DNA from: Octopus bimaculoides
Taxonomy: Eukaryota
NCBI RefSeq assembly: GCF_001194135.2
Contig: NC_068989.1
Location: 15,752,595 to 15,816,594, forward strand
Length of the DNA: 64,000 bases
Direction: 5' to 3'
Shown: piece by piece, positions 1 to 13,334 of the stretch
How the letters are laid out: every line of letters begins with the position of its first letter
Position numbering within the stretch: the first letter of the stretch is position 1
Made by a program: the position numbers and the translations under genes
The notes under the pieces: generated by a model
Seen by the model: the letters and a program-made list of their open reading frames with translations, nothing else
Database searches by the model: none
Told to the model about the DNA's origin: nothing

Positions 1-310
1 AATAGAGATAACTCGAATGTGGAATCTAAAAACAGAAACAATTCCTATCATAGTAGGTGCCTTAGGTATAATAAAAAAATATTCAGACAAATACATAACA
101 AAAACACCAGGACTTACAAATATATATAACATACAGAAAATTGCACTACTGGGTACTGCACACATTCTACGCAAAACACTTTCAATACAGTAAACATAAG
201 AGCACCACAGCAAACCACAGCACATACCCAAGGCGCACAGAGCTGCGCTCGGTAGTGAAGTGAAAGTACGTTATAAAAATAAAACTACTGAATAATAATA
301 ATAATAATAA
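1..310 (+). mobile_element. 3' end of R4/Dong-like (RLE) non-LTR retrotransposon, family A, with 3' UTR and (TAA)n tail
   Basis: Frame from nt 2 reads IEITRMWNLKTETIPIIVGALGIIKK...IQKIALLGTAHILRKTLSIQ* (stop 191-193), the typical C-terminus of R4-like ORFs. A ~95 bp 3' UTR and TAA repeats follow. The same sequence occurs on the minus strand at 19516-19804 and 20149-20450. Confidence 0.85.
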
Positions 311-2279
311 TGGAAATGTATAAAATAGCACCTACTCTTTGTCTGTAAGATCATGGAGATCATGGAGAACCACACTGACTTTGAACAGTGACAATAAATC
401 TCTTAATTCTGGAGATGTAAGAATTTCATGTGGCATTTTCCAGGGTGACTCTCTATAACCACTCCTCTTTTGTCTAGCCTTAATACCTCTCTCGAAATTG
501 CTCAATGATGCATACAGTGCGGTTATAAAATGTTTGATAAAAATATAAATCATCTCATTTACATGGATGATTTAAAGCTCTTTGCAAAAAATGACCAACA
601 ACTTAAAGGCTTACTAGCGATTGTCAAACAATTCAGTGATGACATTAGGATGCAATTTGGCCTCGATAAATGTGCAAAAGCTACCTTTATCAAAAGAAAA
701 ATGACAGAAACATCTAACGTTAACCTTGACCAGCAGAATGTCATAAAGGAGTTAGATCCAGCAGAGAGCTAAAAATACCTAGGGGTACATGAAGGAGACG
801 GAATCAGACATTCAGTGATGAAGGAAACGATCAGAAGAGAATGTTATCGCAGAGTAAGGGCAATACTCAAGACAGAACTGAACGCAAGAAACAGGATCAA
901 AGCGATCAATGATTTAGCCATACCAGTCGTGACTTACAGTTTCAATATTATTAACTGGTCAATTACTGAAATATGTAAACTTCACAGAAAAATACGAAAA
1001 CTGTTGACAATGCACCACCTTAAGGCAGATACAGAACGACTTTATCTGCCAAAAAAAGAGGGAGGCCGTGGACTTTTACAACTGGAATTAACAATGAAGA
1101 TTGCCACAATTGACCTAGGCGCCTACCTGATAAACTCTGAGGACTGGATGTTAAAACTTGTCTCAAAACATGAAAGCAAGAAAGCATCATGCTCAGGCAA
1201 AAGAATATCTAAGTGAATTCCAAATACAACAAATTCCAGAATTAGACGTACTAGAAACAAGCACAGAAAAAGCTAAGCGTATGAAAACCCGTGCTAAAAC
1301 TGCCTTAGATATTCTTACTGATAAATGGCAAGAAAAACCTCTCAATGGCAAATACCCAAAGAGAGCGAATAATGCCGATGTTGACACAGCCCTTACCCAT
1401 CAATGGATAATGGCTTCTGTCTTAAACTCAGAAACAGAAGGGTTTATCATAGCAGACAAAAATCAATGCCTACCTACAAAGAACTACCAGGCCAACATAT
1501 TACAGAACGGCAGCTGCCCAACATGTCGTGTATGTCAACAACAAAATGAAACCGTTGATCATGGTGTCTCCATGTGCAGTCTACTTGCGCCTACAGAGTA
1601 TCTCAACAGGCATGATAGAGCTGCACAGTATATTCACTGGGTAATTTGCAAAAACCTGGAGTTGCCCCATGCTAAAAACTGGTGGGAACACAGACCACCT
1701 CCAGTGCTTGAAAATTATCACATCTCATGCATCTGCAACTTCACCATTCAAACTGATAGAAAGATAGATGCAAATAGGCCAGACATTATATTGAAAAACT
1801 TCTGACATAAATCATGCCTACTCATTGATATGACTGTCCCAATCGACATAAATGTATGTCAAGATCTATCAAAAACTGAGCAAGTATAAAGATCTTGAAA
1901 TAGAACTTGGTAAAATGTGGAAACTCAAGACTAAAACAATACGTGTTGTCATAGGTGCTCTAGGAATGATAGTAAAAGGGGCTGATTGCTCTCTAGCTCA
2001 GATACCAGGAAACCTCAAAATGACAGAAATTCAAAAGATAGTGCTCATGGGAACTGACCATATCCTACGTAAAATGCTTTAATGTAATCTAAAATTTTAA
2101 AACAAACATAATTTTCTTATGGTTTCTTAAACATTCTTTAAAACAACACTATGTACAAAGCCAAATATATTGCACCCTAGGCATAACAGAAACATGAATT
2201 TCTAACTTAGTGTCTCTTGAGGTCTCTGGGTGAGACTTGGAACCAACTTGTACAAATGTAAAGCAAAAGTCAAACATAA

Positions 2280-2280
<1 letters not shown>
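311..2280 (+). mobile_element. 5'-truncated, frameshifted R4/Dong-like LINE (RT + CCHC knuckle + restriction-like endonuclease), family B
   Basis: RT motifs GIFQGDSL and HLIYMDDLKLF, RLYLPKKEGGRGL, zinc knuckle CRVC...ETVDH...C, RHD motif, endonuclease NRPDI...IDMTVP...KLSKYKDL, C-terminal QKIVLMGTDHILRK*. Broken by stops and frameshifts. Confidence 0.9.
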
Positions 2281-2410
<130 letters not shown>

Positions 2411-2689
2411 CCATATTACCCTGTTGTTGTTTATTATGAATGGTATATATTTGAGATTTTAGCCCTCTATATAAAAATAGGATTGTCACACCTGGATAAA
2501 AATATGGAATAATCACGTCTGAAACACATCTGGTTAAAATTTCGACTTTGATCCTACATTCTGATAAGCCAGAAAAAAACATGAGCTAGTCATGACTGGT
2601 ACACCTTTGATCATTTACGCTTAGTCAGTTCTGACCTGGGCTAAACAACAACCAATTTCATCATTTATATTTAATAAGATTTTGAGTGT

Positions 2690-3080
2690 CGTATGGTAGC
2701 CATCCATCAATATACTCCGCCCATCTTCCTGGAAGGGTCGTTGGGTAGAGTCCTCAGGCATTTCCTGCTTACGGTTCTACGAGAAATAACCGTCATTAGA
2801 CTTTCTGGCTGGATTCACAAGCGAGACTAACTGAAACTTTGGATATGATCGAGACATCTCATTCTTTGTCTATTCCTAGATTTCCTGCCAATTGACCCGG
2901 TTTGAGGAATGTATTTGCGATTCTTTCCTTCGACATTCTAATCACATGTCCGTAGTACCGGAGCAATGACCTTGCAATGCGGAGAAGTAGCGGCTCAATT
3001 TGGAGAGACTCCCTGATCTCCAAACTATGCACCCTGTCGAATAACGTTGCTCCATTAAATTTTCGCTCATTACCCAATAT
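2690..3080 (-). mobile_element. RTE-clade LINE 3' fragment
   Basis: Minus ORF GATLFDRVHSLEIRESLQIEPLLLRIARSLLRYYGHVIRMSKERI resembles the RTE C-terminal R..QLRWFGHV.RM region. Confidence 0.75.
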
Positions 3081-3970
3081 TTATGATAATAGTTGACGAT
3101 AGGAACGAAAACTAAGATGAAGATATGAAGGTCGGCTTTCTTACCGACCTTCTCCTCGTTTGAGGATCGAACGCTGGAGCTGTGACGCTTTGCTATACTG
3201 AATATAATTTAACTTTGTGTTCAACTCAATATGAAGTATGAAGCAAGGAAAAGCAATGTGATATGCAATCGCTATTAGAGTAAAACTAGATGAATTAAGC
3301 AATTTTAAGTTTCTTCTGGCGTCAGTCGTCTACTTATAACAGAAACAATAATTTTCACAACACGTGTGTGTGTGGGCTTTAGTATGGTGTAGGAGGACAT
3401 GCGAGCAAGAGACGAATATGCGTCTATGATACACACACACACATGTATGTATGTATGTATGTATGTATGTATGTATGTATGTATGTGTGTGTGTGTATGT
3501 ATGTATGTATGTATGTATGTATGTATGTATGTATGTATCAGTGTGTGTGTGTATGCAAACGTTATTTCTAAGTTTTTGAAAAACATCTTTGTCGCCATTT
3601 TCCATGCATATATCTGCAAAGTTTTTTTAATTTTTACTTGAGACAATATGCACATGCGATCTTCTCGCTCGCCGATAAATTTGATTCACTGCCACTTGTT
3701 AACTGTCTTTTTTGTGTGTGTTAATCATGTATACACACACACACACATATATATATAGAGACAGAGAGAGACGCACGCACACACACACATACACACCTAC
3801 ACACACACATATATAAGTGTATGTGTGTGTGTATGTGCATGTATGTGTGTGCGAGAGGGTTTTGTCTGCCATAAGAATCTGCTTTTTCTCAAAATCGAGA
3901 CGACAGTTACCGTGTATGTCTGCACATATGTGTGTGTGTGCATGTATGTGTGTGTGTATGTGTATACTCA

Positions 3971-4023
<53 letters not shown>

Positions 4024-5536
4024 GCGTACAGTTTTAGTACTGTTGCACAGGTTTCTTATTATGACCGTTAATATTTAGCAACAAGTAGTAAATTCGTTGA
4101 TATGACGTAGGGTGGGGAGGACGCTTGGATTTGGTGGGTGGGGTTGCATTCCAAGTGTCCCATGCAAATAGATGTACATAGACCGTTGGATTTAAAGGCC
4201 AAGGTCATCTTTCATATTTTCCTACTAAGTAAAAACGAACTCTATAATTGTTTGTCTCTTCGTGCCTGTTCATTCTATATAATGAAATTACTATGTCATG
4301 GCCGTCCTTTCACTTGATTGATGTTCTTCAACACTCTGGACTAGGTGATGTATTTTGTCTATATTTGGTTACTGCTTTAGTTATATATTATTGGTTGTTT
4401 GACATTTATACTTACGTATTTTTTTAAACATTGATTGTTACCTTCATAGCTCAGATAGGTTCTCAATGAATGTATGTTCTAGCACAGTATCGTGTAAAAC
4501 TTGTTATTTTTGTGTACCCATCCTTGGACTCTGGACTAGGGACTCTGCATTTGTGTATGGGATGGAGGTGTCAGTAATCGTTTTTCCTTTATACCGTATG
4601 GACAAATGCCTTCATGTTTATGGCACACGGTAGTATGCACTAAAGAGATGTAGCGTTTGTTTTTGTCGACATTGGATGCAGTTTACAAATGACATGTGCA
4701 TAATATCGGTATTTTATTCAGAAGAATGAAAATTGTTTTTTTTTTTCTGTTTGAGCTGGGGAATAGAAGGGAGTTCTTTTGATCGAAGAGATGTCTTAGA
4801 AACAGCAGCAGCAGCTGTGCGATATCAGCCTTTTTCAGTTGTTCCTGACCCTCCGGGTTAGATGAGGGGGATGTTGGGGGGGGATCGAAAACGTACGTGC
4901 AGTATTCGTAGTAGCTTGCTGCTGTTACTGATTACCATTCTGCAGATGTATAATAGTTTCTGATCTGCTGAGGTGAAATCAGATGACGATTTGCACCTGC
5001 TAAACAAAAGAATTTCTAGCTTGTCAGTATGCTTACCGCAAAATGAAATTATTTAAAATATCTTTATTTTCCACTTCTTTTCAACATGTCTCTCACTTTT
5101 CTGAATGGAGTAAATTTTCTACCGATTTTACTCAACGTTATATTAAAATAGAAAACGTGCAATAAAATTGCTACAGAACTTACTTCATTCGTTTATAGCC
5201 GTCTTTGTGAGAATTATACCAAACAGCAAGGCAGTAATTTCATTTGCTACCAAATAACGTTTCGCATAGGCTTATGGACTATTCTTAACTGTAATTGGTT
5301 ACTAAGGAACGGTCACAATTCGAAATGTATAATTAATTATTCACTTAATGAATTTTTCTTTATATTTCTTTTATAGTATTTTATGTTTACCGTCGGTGAG
5401 AGAGTTGTTTTATTTTTTTCAAGGTTTTATTACTATTCCTAGTAACACTTAATGTAAATGACAAAGCACGATCAATACAAGCTAAAACAGATAATAATTA
5501 TCAATAAAGTTTCAGATAATTATGAGAGTGTGTAGG

Positions 5537-5618
<82 letters not shown>

Positions 5619-5727
5619 ATATGTATGTACATATATACACACATACACATCTATATGCATATATACAGATATATGAATATATGTATGTATATATTGAAAA
5701 GGTATCTTAATTAGATTTGTTCTATTG

Positions 5728-6776
5728 TACCCAGTGGTTTTCAAAGTCTTTTTCTTTCTTTACCTCATTTAATACACCTCTATATGAGCACCATTAGTCG
5801 CACGAAGCAACTGTTATCTTTTGCTTTTGTTCAGTAATGTCACGTATCTTTTTTTGATACACGATATCTTTAACATAGCCCAACAGAAAAAAATCCAGAG
5901 GTGTGATATCTGATAAACGTAGTGGCCACCGAATTGGTCCATCCCTTCTAATCCAACGGTCTGGAAATGTTTGATTGAGTCCCCAATGTGGTGGGGCACC
6001 ATCTTGCTGGAAAATGATGGTCAGTTGAAGGTCCTGGAGTTGTGGTGCCACATACTCAGTCAAAACGTCAAGGTAGGCATTTGCATTAATTGATCTCTCG
6101 TTGATGAAAAACGGAACAATAATCCGATACCAGACATTCACTTTGGGACTATCTCGCTGAACTTCTCTAGTCACGTGGGGGTGTTATGATCCCCAGATTC
6201 TCAGATTGTGTTTGTTCAGTTTCCCTGAAACATGAAAGGTTGCCTCATCAATAAAACAAACTCATCTGAGGAATGTTTCATCTTTTGAAATTAGTTGCAG
6301 CATGTGGACTGCAAACTCTTTTTGTCTTGGTTTATCATTTGGCTCGATTGCCTGTAGGAGTTGCACTTTGTAAGCGTACAATCACAGGTTCTTCTGTAGG
6401 ACCTTGTGTACTGTTGAACGTGGTAACTCTAACTGTCTGGAAGCAGTACAGATGGACTTTGTGGGAAAACGACAAAAGGTTTCTCTTACTTGACCAATGT
6501 TTTCCTCAGATGTTCTTGGTCGCCCACTTCTCTTTCTATCTAACACTATCCCTGTCTCCATAAATTTCTTGTGACATGAAAGAATTAACGGACGTGATGG
6601 TGGACCACTTCCATACATCGTTCTGTAGTTTCTTTGAGTTTGACTCAATATACCATGTTGCACATTGTGGAGTAGCCATTTCTTAGGGGCTCATTAAAAA
6701 AAACGCCTCTCTAATCTGCAGGATGCCTGAAACACAAAAATGCAATGTGATTAAAAACATTGAAAACCACTGAATA
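5728..6776 (-). mobile_element. Decayed, internally deleted Tc1/mariner-superfamily DNA transposon with TIRs
   Basis: N-terminal HTH fragment (KKFMETGIVLDRKRSGRPRT) and catalytic fragment FQQDGAPPH...WP.R..DITPLDFFL.GYVK. TIR core CAGTGGTTTTCAA at 5732-5744 and its reverse complement at 6760-6772, each with TA 2 bp further out. Confidence 0.9.
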
Positions 6777-6799
6777 CAATAAAACAAGTCTGATTAAGC

Positions 6800-6864
6800 T
6801 ATCTTATTTATTGCATTTGTAATAAATTTTTTAATTTGTAAAAAGACTTTATGGACACCCTGTA
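6800..6864. mobile_element. Terminal fragment of a mariner-type element (TA-CAGGGTGTCCATAAA end)
   Basis: The reverse complement reads TACAGGGTGTCCATAAAGTC, a common Tc1/mariner terminus. It abuts (TA)n and a gap; only one end is visible. Confidence 0.4.
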
Positions 6865-7413
6865 TATATATATATATATATATATNNNNNNNNNNNNNNN
6901 NNNNNNNNNNNNNNNNNNNNNNNNNNNNNNNNNNNNNNNNNNNNNNNNNNNNNNNNNNNNNNNNNNNNNNNNNNNNNNNNNNNNNNNNNNNNNNNNNNNN
7001 NNNNNNNNNNNNNNNNNNNNNNNNNNNNNNNNNNNNNNNNNNNNNNNNNNNNNNNNNNNNNNNNNNNNNNNNNNNNNNNNNNNNNNNNNNNNNNNNNNNN
7101 NNNNNNNNNNNNNNNNNNNNNNNNNNNNNNNNNNNNNNNNNNNNNNNNNNNNNNNNNNNNNNNNNNNNNNNNNNNNNNNNNNNNNNNNNNNNNNNNNNNN
7201 NNNNNNNNNNNNNNNNNNNNNNNNNNNNNNNNNNNNNNNNNNNNNNNNNNNNNNNNNNNNNNNNNNNNNNNNNNNNNNNNNNNNNNNNNNNNNNNNNNNN
7301 NNNNNNNNNNNNNNNNNNNNNNNNNNNNNNNNNNNNNNNNNNNNNNNNNNNNNNNNNNNNNNNNNNNNNNNNNNNNNNNNNNNNNNNNNNNNNNNNNNNN
7401 NNNNNNNNNNNNN

Positions 7414-7486
<73 letters not shown>

Positions 7487-8009
7487 TGTGTGTATGTGTG
7501 GTCTGTATGAGTGTGTATTTGTGTGAGTGTGGTCGTTAACTCCACGATGTTTAATTCAGTAACGTTACGTATAAAGGTTACACATCTCTGAAGATTTCAC
7601 AACACGTGTTGGTTATGTAATTTACCTTATACAGCTAAAAATATTTTTTGTTAATGTTATACATATCAGACGGGGATGACTAAATATTTCATAAACTCTA
7701 TTGTTTTATTTTCGCCATCGGATTTCTACCAAATGACAGGAGTACAGTAACGTGAACTGGCATTACACTTGGTGTTCTACATACCGATTGTTTGTTGCGT
7801 GTGTTAAGCTTTAAATTGCAGGAGATGAATGTATATGTATATTGTATCCCTTGTAGCTCATTAGGACACTGCTTTCATGGCTACTGAATTGATTTGACTC
7901 TTATTTCTAGCAATACTGGTGCTGATTAGTGCCCTTGCTCACTTTAGTGACGTATATATTTCTGCCTTTAGGTTGTGAAATTGCGAATTATCCACCCATA
8001 TTTTATATG

Positions 8010-8044
<35 letters not shown>

Positions 8045-8331
8045 NNNNNNNNNNNNNNNNNNNNNNNNNNNNNNNNNNNNNNNNNNNNNNNNNNNNNNNN
8101 NNNNNNNNNNNNNNNNNNNNNNNNNNNNNNNNNNNNNNNNNNNNNNNNNNNNNNNNNNNNNNNNNNNNNNNNNNNNNNNNNNNNNNNNNNNNNNNNNNNN
8201 NNNNNNNNNNNNNNNNNNNNNNNNNNNNNNNNNNNNNNNNNNNNNNNNNNNNNNNNNNNNNNNNNNNNNNNNNNNNNNNNNNNNNNNNNNNNNNNNNNNN
8301 NNNNNNNNNNNNNNNNNNNNNNNNNNNNNNN

Positions 8332-8491
8332 GGGGGGCGAGGCAGTCGATTAGATCAACCCCGATACGCAGCTGGTGCTTAATTTATTTACCCCGAAATG
8401 ATGAAAGGGAAAGTCGACTAAGGCGGAATTTGAACTCAGAAGGTAAAGACAGAAGAAATACCACCAGGCATTTCACCCGGCGTTCTAACGT
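8332..8491 (-). mobile_element. tRNA-derived SINE (Meta-domain type), partial
   Basis: Reverse complement aligns to the full copy at 13709-13945 (GTTCTGAGTTCAAATTCCGCC...TTTCATC.TTTCGGGGT). Confidence 0.8.
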
Positions 8492-9427
8492 ATACATACT
8501 GATATATACACACTGATATATACATACATGCAGAAATATATATATACATATATATATATAACAATAATTATATATATACGTATACATACATAAATACATA
8601 CACGTATTCTTTCAAATACTTTTGAAATATAACTTTCTTGAACAATACTATTAAATGTAAATTGTTACATAGGTGCTGCATATTTTACCGTTATGATAAA
8701 AAGGTGAAAATAGTAAACTGGATATAACAAAAAAAAAAAGAAGACATGTACATGCTTGAATACACATATTTCATTATAAATATTCTATTTTCACATAAAT
8801 TTTCATGGAATGTCCTCATCCGCCAGACAGCTTTGCTCCACAAATATGCAAGATTGTTGCTTCCTTGTCCATAAATATATATGCTTGCGTATGCATGTTT
8901 GTAAGTATATACGTACGTATCTATCTATGCATGTAGATAAATAGGGAGAAAGGTGGGCGTACACATGTGTGAGCATGTGTGTAAGCATGTGTGTGAGTTC
9001 TTGAGAAAAAATATCCAATGAGCAATGAGCTTTATTGATCTAAGTTCAACGTATAATGTAATCTTGATATGTATGATCGATCTAGATAGGAAAAACAGAC
9101 CCTAGGATGCCTAAAATGAAGTGAAATGGAATAACTATATCATGCAAGGAATTGCAATTTTTCAAGCGCAGACCTGACAGCTTGAACCATATCGTCTGCT
9201 ATTTTTCTTTCACGCACGCTCGCACGCGAAGAAGTACAGAATATAAATCTCGACACATACACGTACATATATATGTGTCTATATACTCCAACATAAAACC
9301 TCGAATAGTATACAAGTTTAGATGCATACATAAATAATGTATGAGTGTGAATGTGTGCATATATATATATATAATATTCTTCTATATACACATGTAATAT
9401 AAATACATATATACAAATCTATAAATC

Positions 9428-9465
<38 letters not shown>

Positions 9466-9639
9466 AAGAATAAAAAGTTTCTTTTATTGGCCTCAGTTGT
9501 GACTGTTATGCTTTTGTCGGTGTTCCGGCATCTGTTCCGGCATGTAAATGTTTTCTGAAGGACGAGACTCTAGTGTTTGAGATATTCTTTGATGCGGACG
9601 TGTAATGGTCTTGTTGTGCTACCCCCATAGAACTTGTTG

Positions 9640-9745
9640 CATTTGTCACATTGTATTCTATGCACAATGAAAGAAATTTAGGCAACTTAAGAATTAAGGA
9701 AGCTATACTCATACACAGACTAGGACCCCAAATTAACAACTGGCT
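9640..9745 (+). mobile_element. Possible Penelope GIY-YIG C-terminal remnant
   Basis: Reads ...NLGNLRIKEAILIHRLGPQINN, like the R.IKEA..I....P.LN end of PLE endonucleases. Very short. Confidence 0.35.
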
Positions 9746-9964
9746 GGAGGTTGGTAATCAATATATTATTTAGCTACATATGGATCTGTGTAGATTCATT
9801 TTTGATATGCTAATCTATTGTTTATAACAAAAAAAAGAGAAGTTAAAAAAAAAGAAGGGAAAATAAGGAAGCTGCACGTATAATACATAACTTAGAAGCA
9901 GCGCTACAGATGTACCAGCACACACGAGATTGAGACATCACCGACCTCATGCACTTCTCAAAAA

Positions 9965-10446
9965 GAAAAAAAATATTTATATATTTTTTTAAGGGAGATA
10001 AAAGTAAGAAGGAGCAATGAAATCAAAAGAATATAGTTGTGGAGTTCCATCGTATTGATCATTGTTGAAAGTAATGTTGATGTTATGTTATATTGAAAGT
10101 AATGTTTAAGTTCATGTTATAAAGAAGTGCTGGATGTCCTAATTTGGATTCAAAAAATAGAAAGTGTTCAGATAACATATAACGGTATAATTAACTTGTA
10201 TAATTTGTAGTATGTAAATAAATAAATAAATAAATAGATGTTGTACCAGTTATATAAAATTGGAGGAGTTATTTATCCAGCTCTTCTTTATAACATGAAC
10301 TTAAACAGTACTTTCAAAATAACATAACATCAACATTACTTTCAACAATGGTCAATACGATGGGATTCCACAACTATATTCTTTTGATTTCATTGCTCCT
10401 TCTTACTTCCATCTCCCTTCAGAAAAAATATATAAATATTTTTTTC
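9965..10446. mobile_element. Foldback/MITE-like element with ~170 bp terminal inverted repeats
   Basis: 9965-10135 is the reverse complement of 10275-10446 with few mismatches; the spacer is 139 bp. Confidence 0.8.
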
Positions 10447-10926
10447 CAACATTATTACGTATAACATACTGCTCTACACAAAATAGAACCCTTTACTTTA
10501 TTTTATTCATAAGTATATCCTTGCATTAACACCTATCGAGCGTGGATATCGAAGTAAAATTTGGTACAAATATTAACTTAATTCAAACAAGCAATATTTT
10601 CCTATATAAATAATATTACCATTACCTTTATTACCACACGTTTATCGTGTGTGTGTATATATGTCAATACTACAAGTATAAATACACGATTATTTCCCTT
10701 TTACATTTCCATTACACAGAAAATACTTTTCTTTCAGCTTTAATCTGGTTTATAAATTATTCTATCTACTTTCCACTCCAGATTCTAATTTTCTCTTCTT
10801 TCCTCCTTTTCTTCCTTCCTCATCCAACGTACTGTCTTATTTTTCAAATAAGCTCTGTAGCATTCTTCTCTACTCGCAGTTGTCACATTCGGTAATAATG
10901 TCTTACGGTTGAGTTGATTTTTATGC

Positions 10927-11016
10927 ATTTCCCTGAAGAGAAGATTACATCTTTCTCGACATCACTCATTCCTTTGGAATGAACCAATTGTAATCTTCGA
11001 AACATATGTCGGAAAT
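10927..11016 (+). ncRNA. Type I hammerhead ribozyme (complete)
   Basis: ATTTCC-CTGAAGA-GAAGATTACA-(39 nt loop)-TGTAATCTTC-GAAA-C-ATAT-G-TC-GGAAAT: perfect 6-bp stem I, perfect 10-bp stem II, canonical core and GUC triplet. Confidence 0.85.
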
Positions 11017-12120
11017 AAAAGAAATCACTTAATACATGCGTATAACTCCATTTATTTAAACTTATATATATATATATATNNNNNNNNNNNNNNNNNNNNN
11101 NNNNNNNNNNNNNNNNNNNNNNNNNNNNNNNNNNNNNNNNNNNNNNNNNNNNNNNNNNNNNNNNNNNNNNNNNNNNNNNNNNNNNNNNNNNNNNNNNNNN
11201 NNNNNNNNNNNNNNNNNNNNNNNNNNNATGCATACATGTATATATATGTATGTATTTATGTATATATATGCACAAGCGTGCTTCACACACATACATTTAT
11301 TCTATTTAGTTTGGTGTGTATAGATAACGTGAAGGGAAAATAGGCCACATCTTTTATTATATGTGTTCATAAGCTTCTTTTTCATTGGTTGAGATAAAAT
11401 ATTATCTAAGGTACAAGCTTTGACTAATCGTAACTGATGTTAATCATTATTCTTGTTGAGATTTGACCCTGAACGCATGCAAGCGATATATACTTTACAA
11501 AATATTTTGAAATTACAATAGTAAGAATTTTATAACTAAAATGGAGCTGGGAGAATAAATAATGAAGCGTGTTTGATCCCTGGAAGGGTAGTGTGTTAGC
11601 TATGGAAATAGTAGGGAGTCTTTCATAGCTATTCTATACGTCTGTTCAGTCAGGGCCTAAATGCGATTCATCAAGTATAACATATAAGTATTAATTCATT
11701 GAATTGTGTCAATTACTTGTAGACTTTGCTCCTCATGCAAGAAACCACAGAAACCAAAGCAAAATAAATGGAATTCGACCATTATCATCACTTGCAACTG
11801 ATAATTAATAATTAGTTTCCGTTTCTGCTACTTTCCTCTTATATTCTCTCTTCTCCTCACCTCTCTCTCTCTCTCTCATTTCCTATCTGTCTCTATTTCT
11901 CTTATACGCATAGGCAAAGAAAGAAATCAAGGACAAACAGTCTCGACGTGTTCTATTACCAAATCGTCTGGCTGGAGATCATAAATCTAGTTTAGCGACG
12001 CCAACGGAAACGAAGATAACGTCTAGAGCTTTGCGTGACTGAGGCAAGTTTAATATATTAAACACTTTCACATCTAACTATCTACTATCCCCCATGCATT
12101 CACCCTTTCCCCCTCTTCCC

Positions 12121-12176
<56 letters not shown>

Positions 12177-12831
12177 NNNNNNNNNNNNNNNNNNNNNNNN
12201 NNNNNNNNNNNNNNNNNNNNNNNNNNNNNNNNNNNNNNNNNNNNNNNNNNNNNNNNNNNNNNNNNNNNNNNNNNNNNNNNNNNNNNNNNNNNNNNNNNNN
12301 NNNNNNNNNNNNNNNNNNNNNNNNNNNNNNNNNNNNNNNNNNNNNNNNNNNNNNNNNNNNNNNNNNNNNNNNNNNNNNNNNNNNNNNNNNNNNNNNNNNN
12401 NNNNNNNNNNNNNNNNNNNNNNNNNNNNNNNNNNNNNNNNNNNNNNNNNNNNNNNNNNNNNNNNNNNNNNNNNNNNNNNNNNNNNNNNNNNNNNNNNNNN
12501 NNNNNNNNNNNNNNNNNNNNNNNNNNNNNNNNNNNNNNNNNNNNNNNNNNNNATATATATATATATTCGGATTTTTTCCATCTCAAGCACACGTAGAACA
12601 GGGTTTGCTCTTAGCGTTTTTCACAAAACTTTGTATTTTACAAGTTATTTCGTGTTAAAGTTGTATTTGGGTAATTTTAAGCAATCAATGATGTGTATTC
12701 AGCTGAAGAAAGTTACTGCTGCTGTTTGACAAAAAACCACAAAGTACAAGTGTTTGTGACAAACCATGTTATATTGACAACCGTGTTTACAAATAAAGGT
12801 ACATAAGGAATTTGAGAATAAACATAAACTT

Positions 12832-12960
12832 AATCTTACAGCTGTTTCGGCCTAGCTTTGGCATGCACCATTCTATCCAAATCGTTCCTGCCGGAGTAAT
12901 TAGCGGATGAAATGCTGAAATGGAGGTACATGCACGATTCGTTAGGCCTCTTCAGAGATT
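12832..12960 (-). ncRNA. Type I hammerhead ribozyme with 88-nt loop II
   Basis: Minus strand AATCT-CTGAAGA-GGCCTA-(88 nt)-TAGGCC-GAAA-C-AGCT-G-TA-AGATT: 5-bp stem I, 6-bp stem II, GUA triplet. Confidence 0.8.
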
Positions 12961-13334
12961 CACTAAGAATTTCAAGCGATGGTGGGGTGACAAGCACAGA
13001 CATACAAACATTCACTGATTTTCAAAATAGAAATATTATTATTTCTAAATCGCTCTAAAAGAGGATATATATAAATAAACCTTCGAACAGTGGCGCTTCC
13101 TTCTCCGGGTGTTAGGGCTCAAGCATGTAACAGATGCAGTCCCTAATCCCGCTAGCAAACAGCGCCCCGTTATAATAGTGGGATTCTGCGACGAAATTGC
13201 CTTGGCTAGAGGACAGATTCGAGATCCTCTTGCTAATACTCTTCACCGAGGTTTTGAACACGATTGATGGGTGGCAGGAGGCTGTGTAACCCTACCACAA
13301 GCCAAACAAGAGGCTGGCAAATATCTACACAGCC

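Noticed and set aside
4100-5000. Possible LINE ORF1/endonuclease remnant on the minus strand
   Set aside because: I could not recover convincing motifs by eye.
11965-12030. GAAACG...CGTC with upstream CTGGAGA
   Set aside because: Core mismatch at A6 and no stem II.
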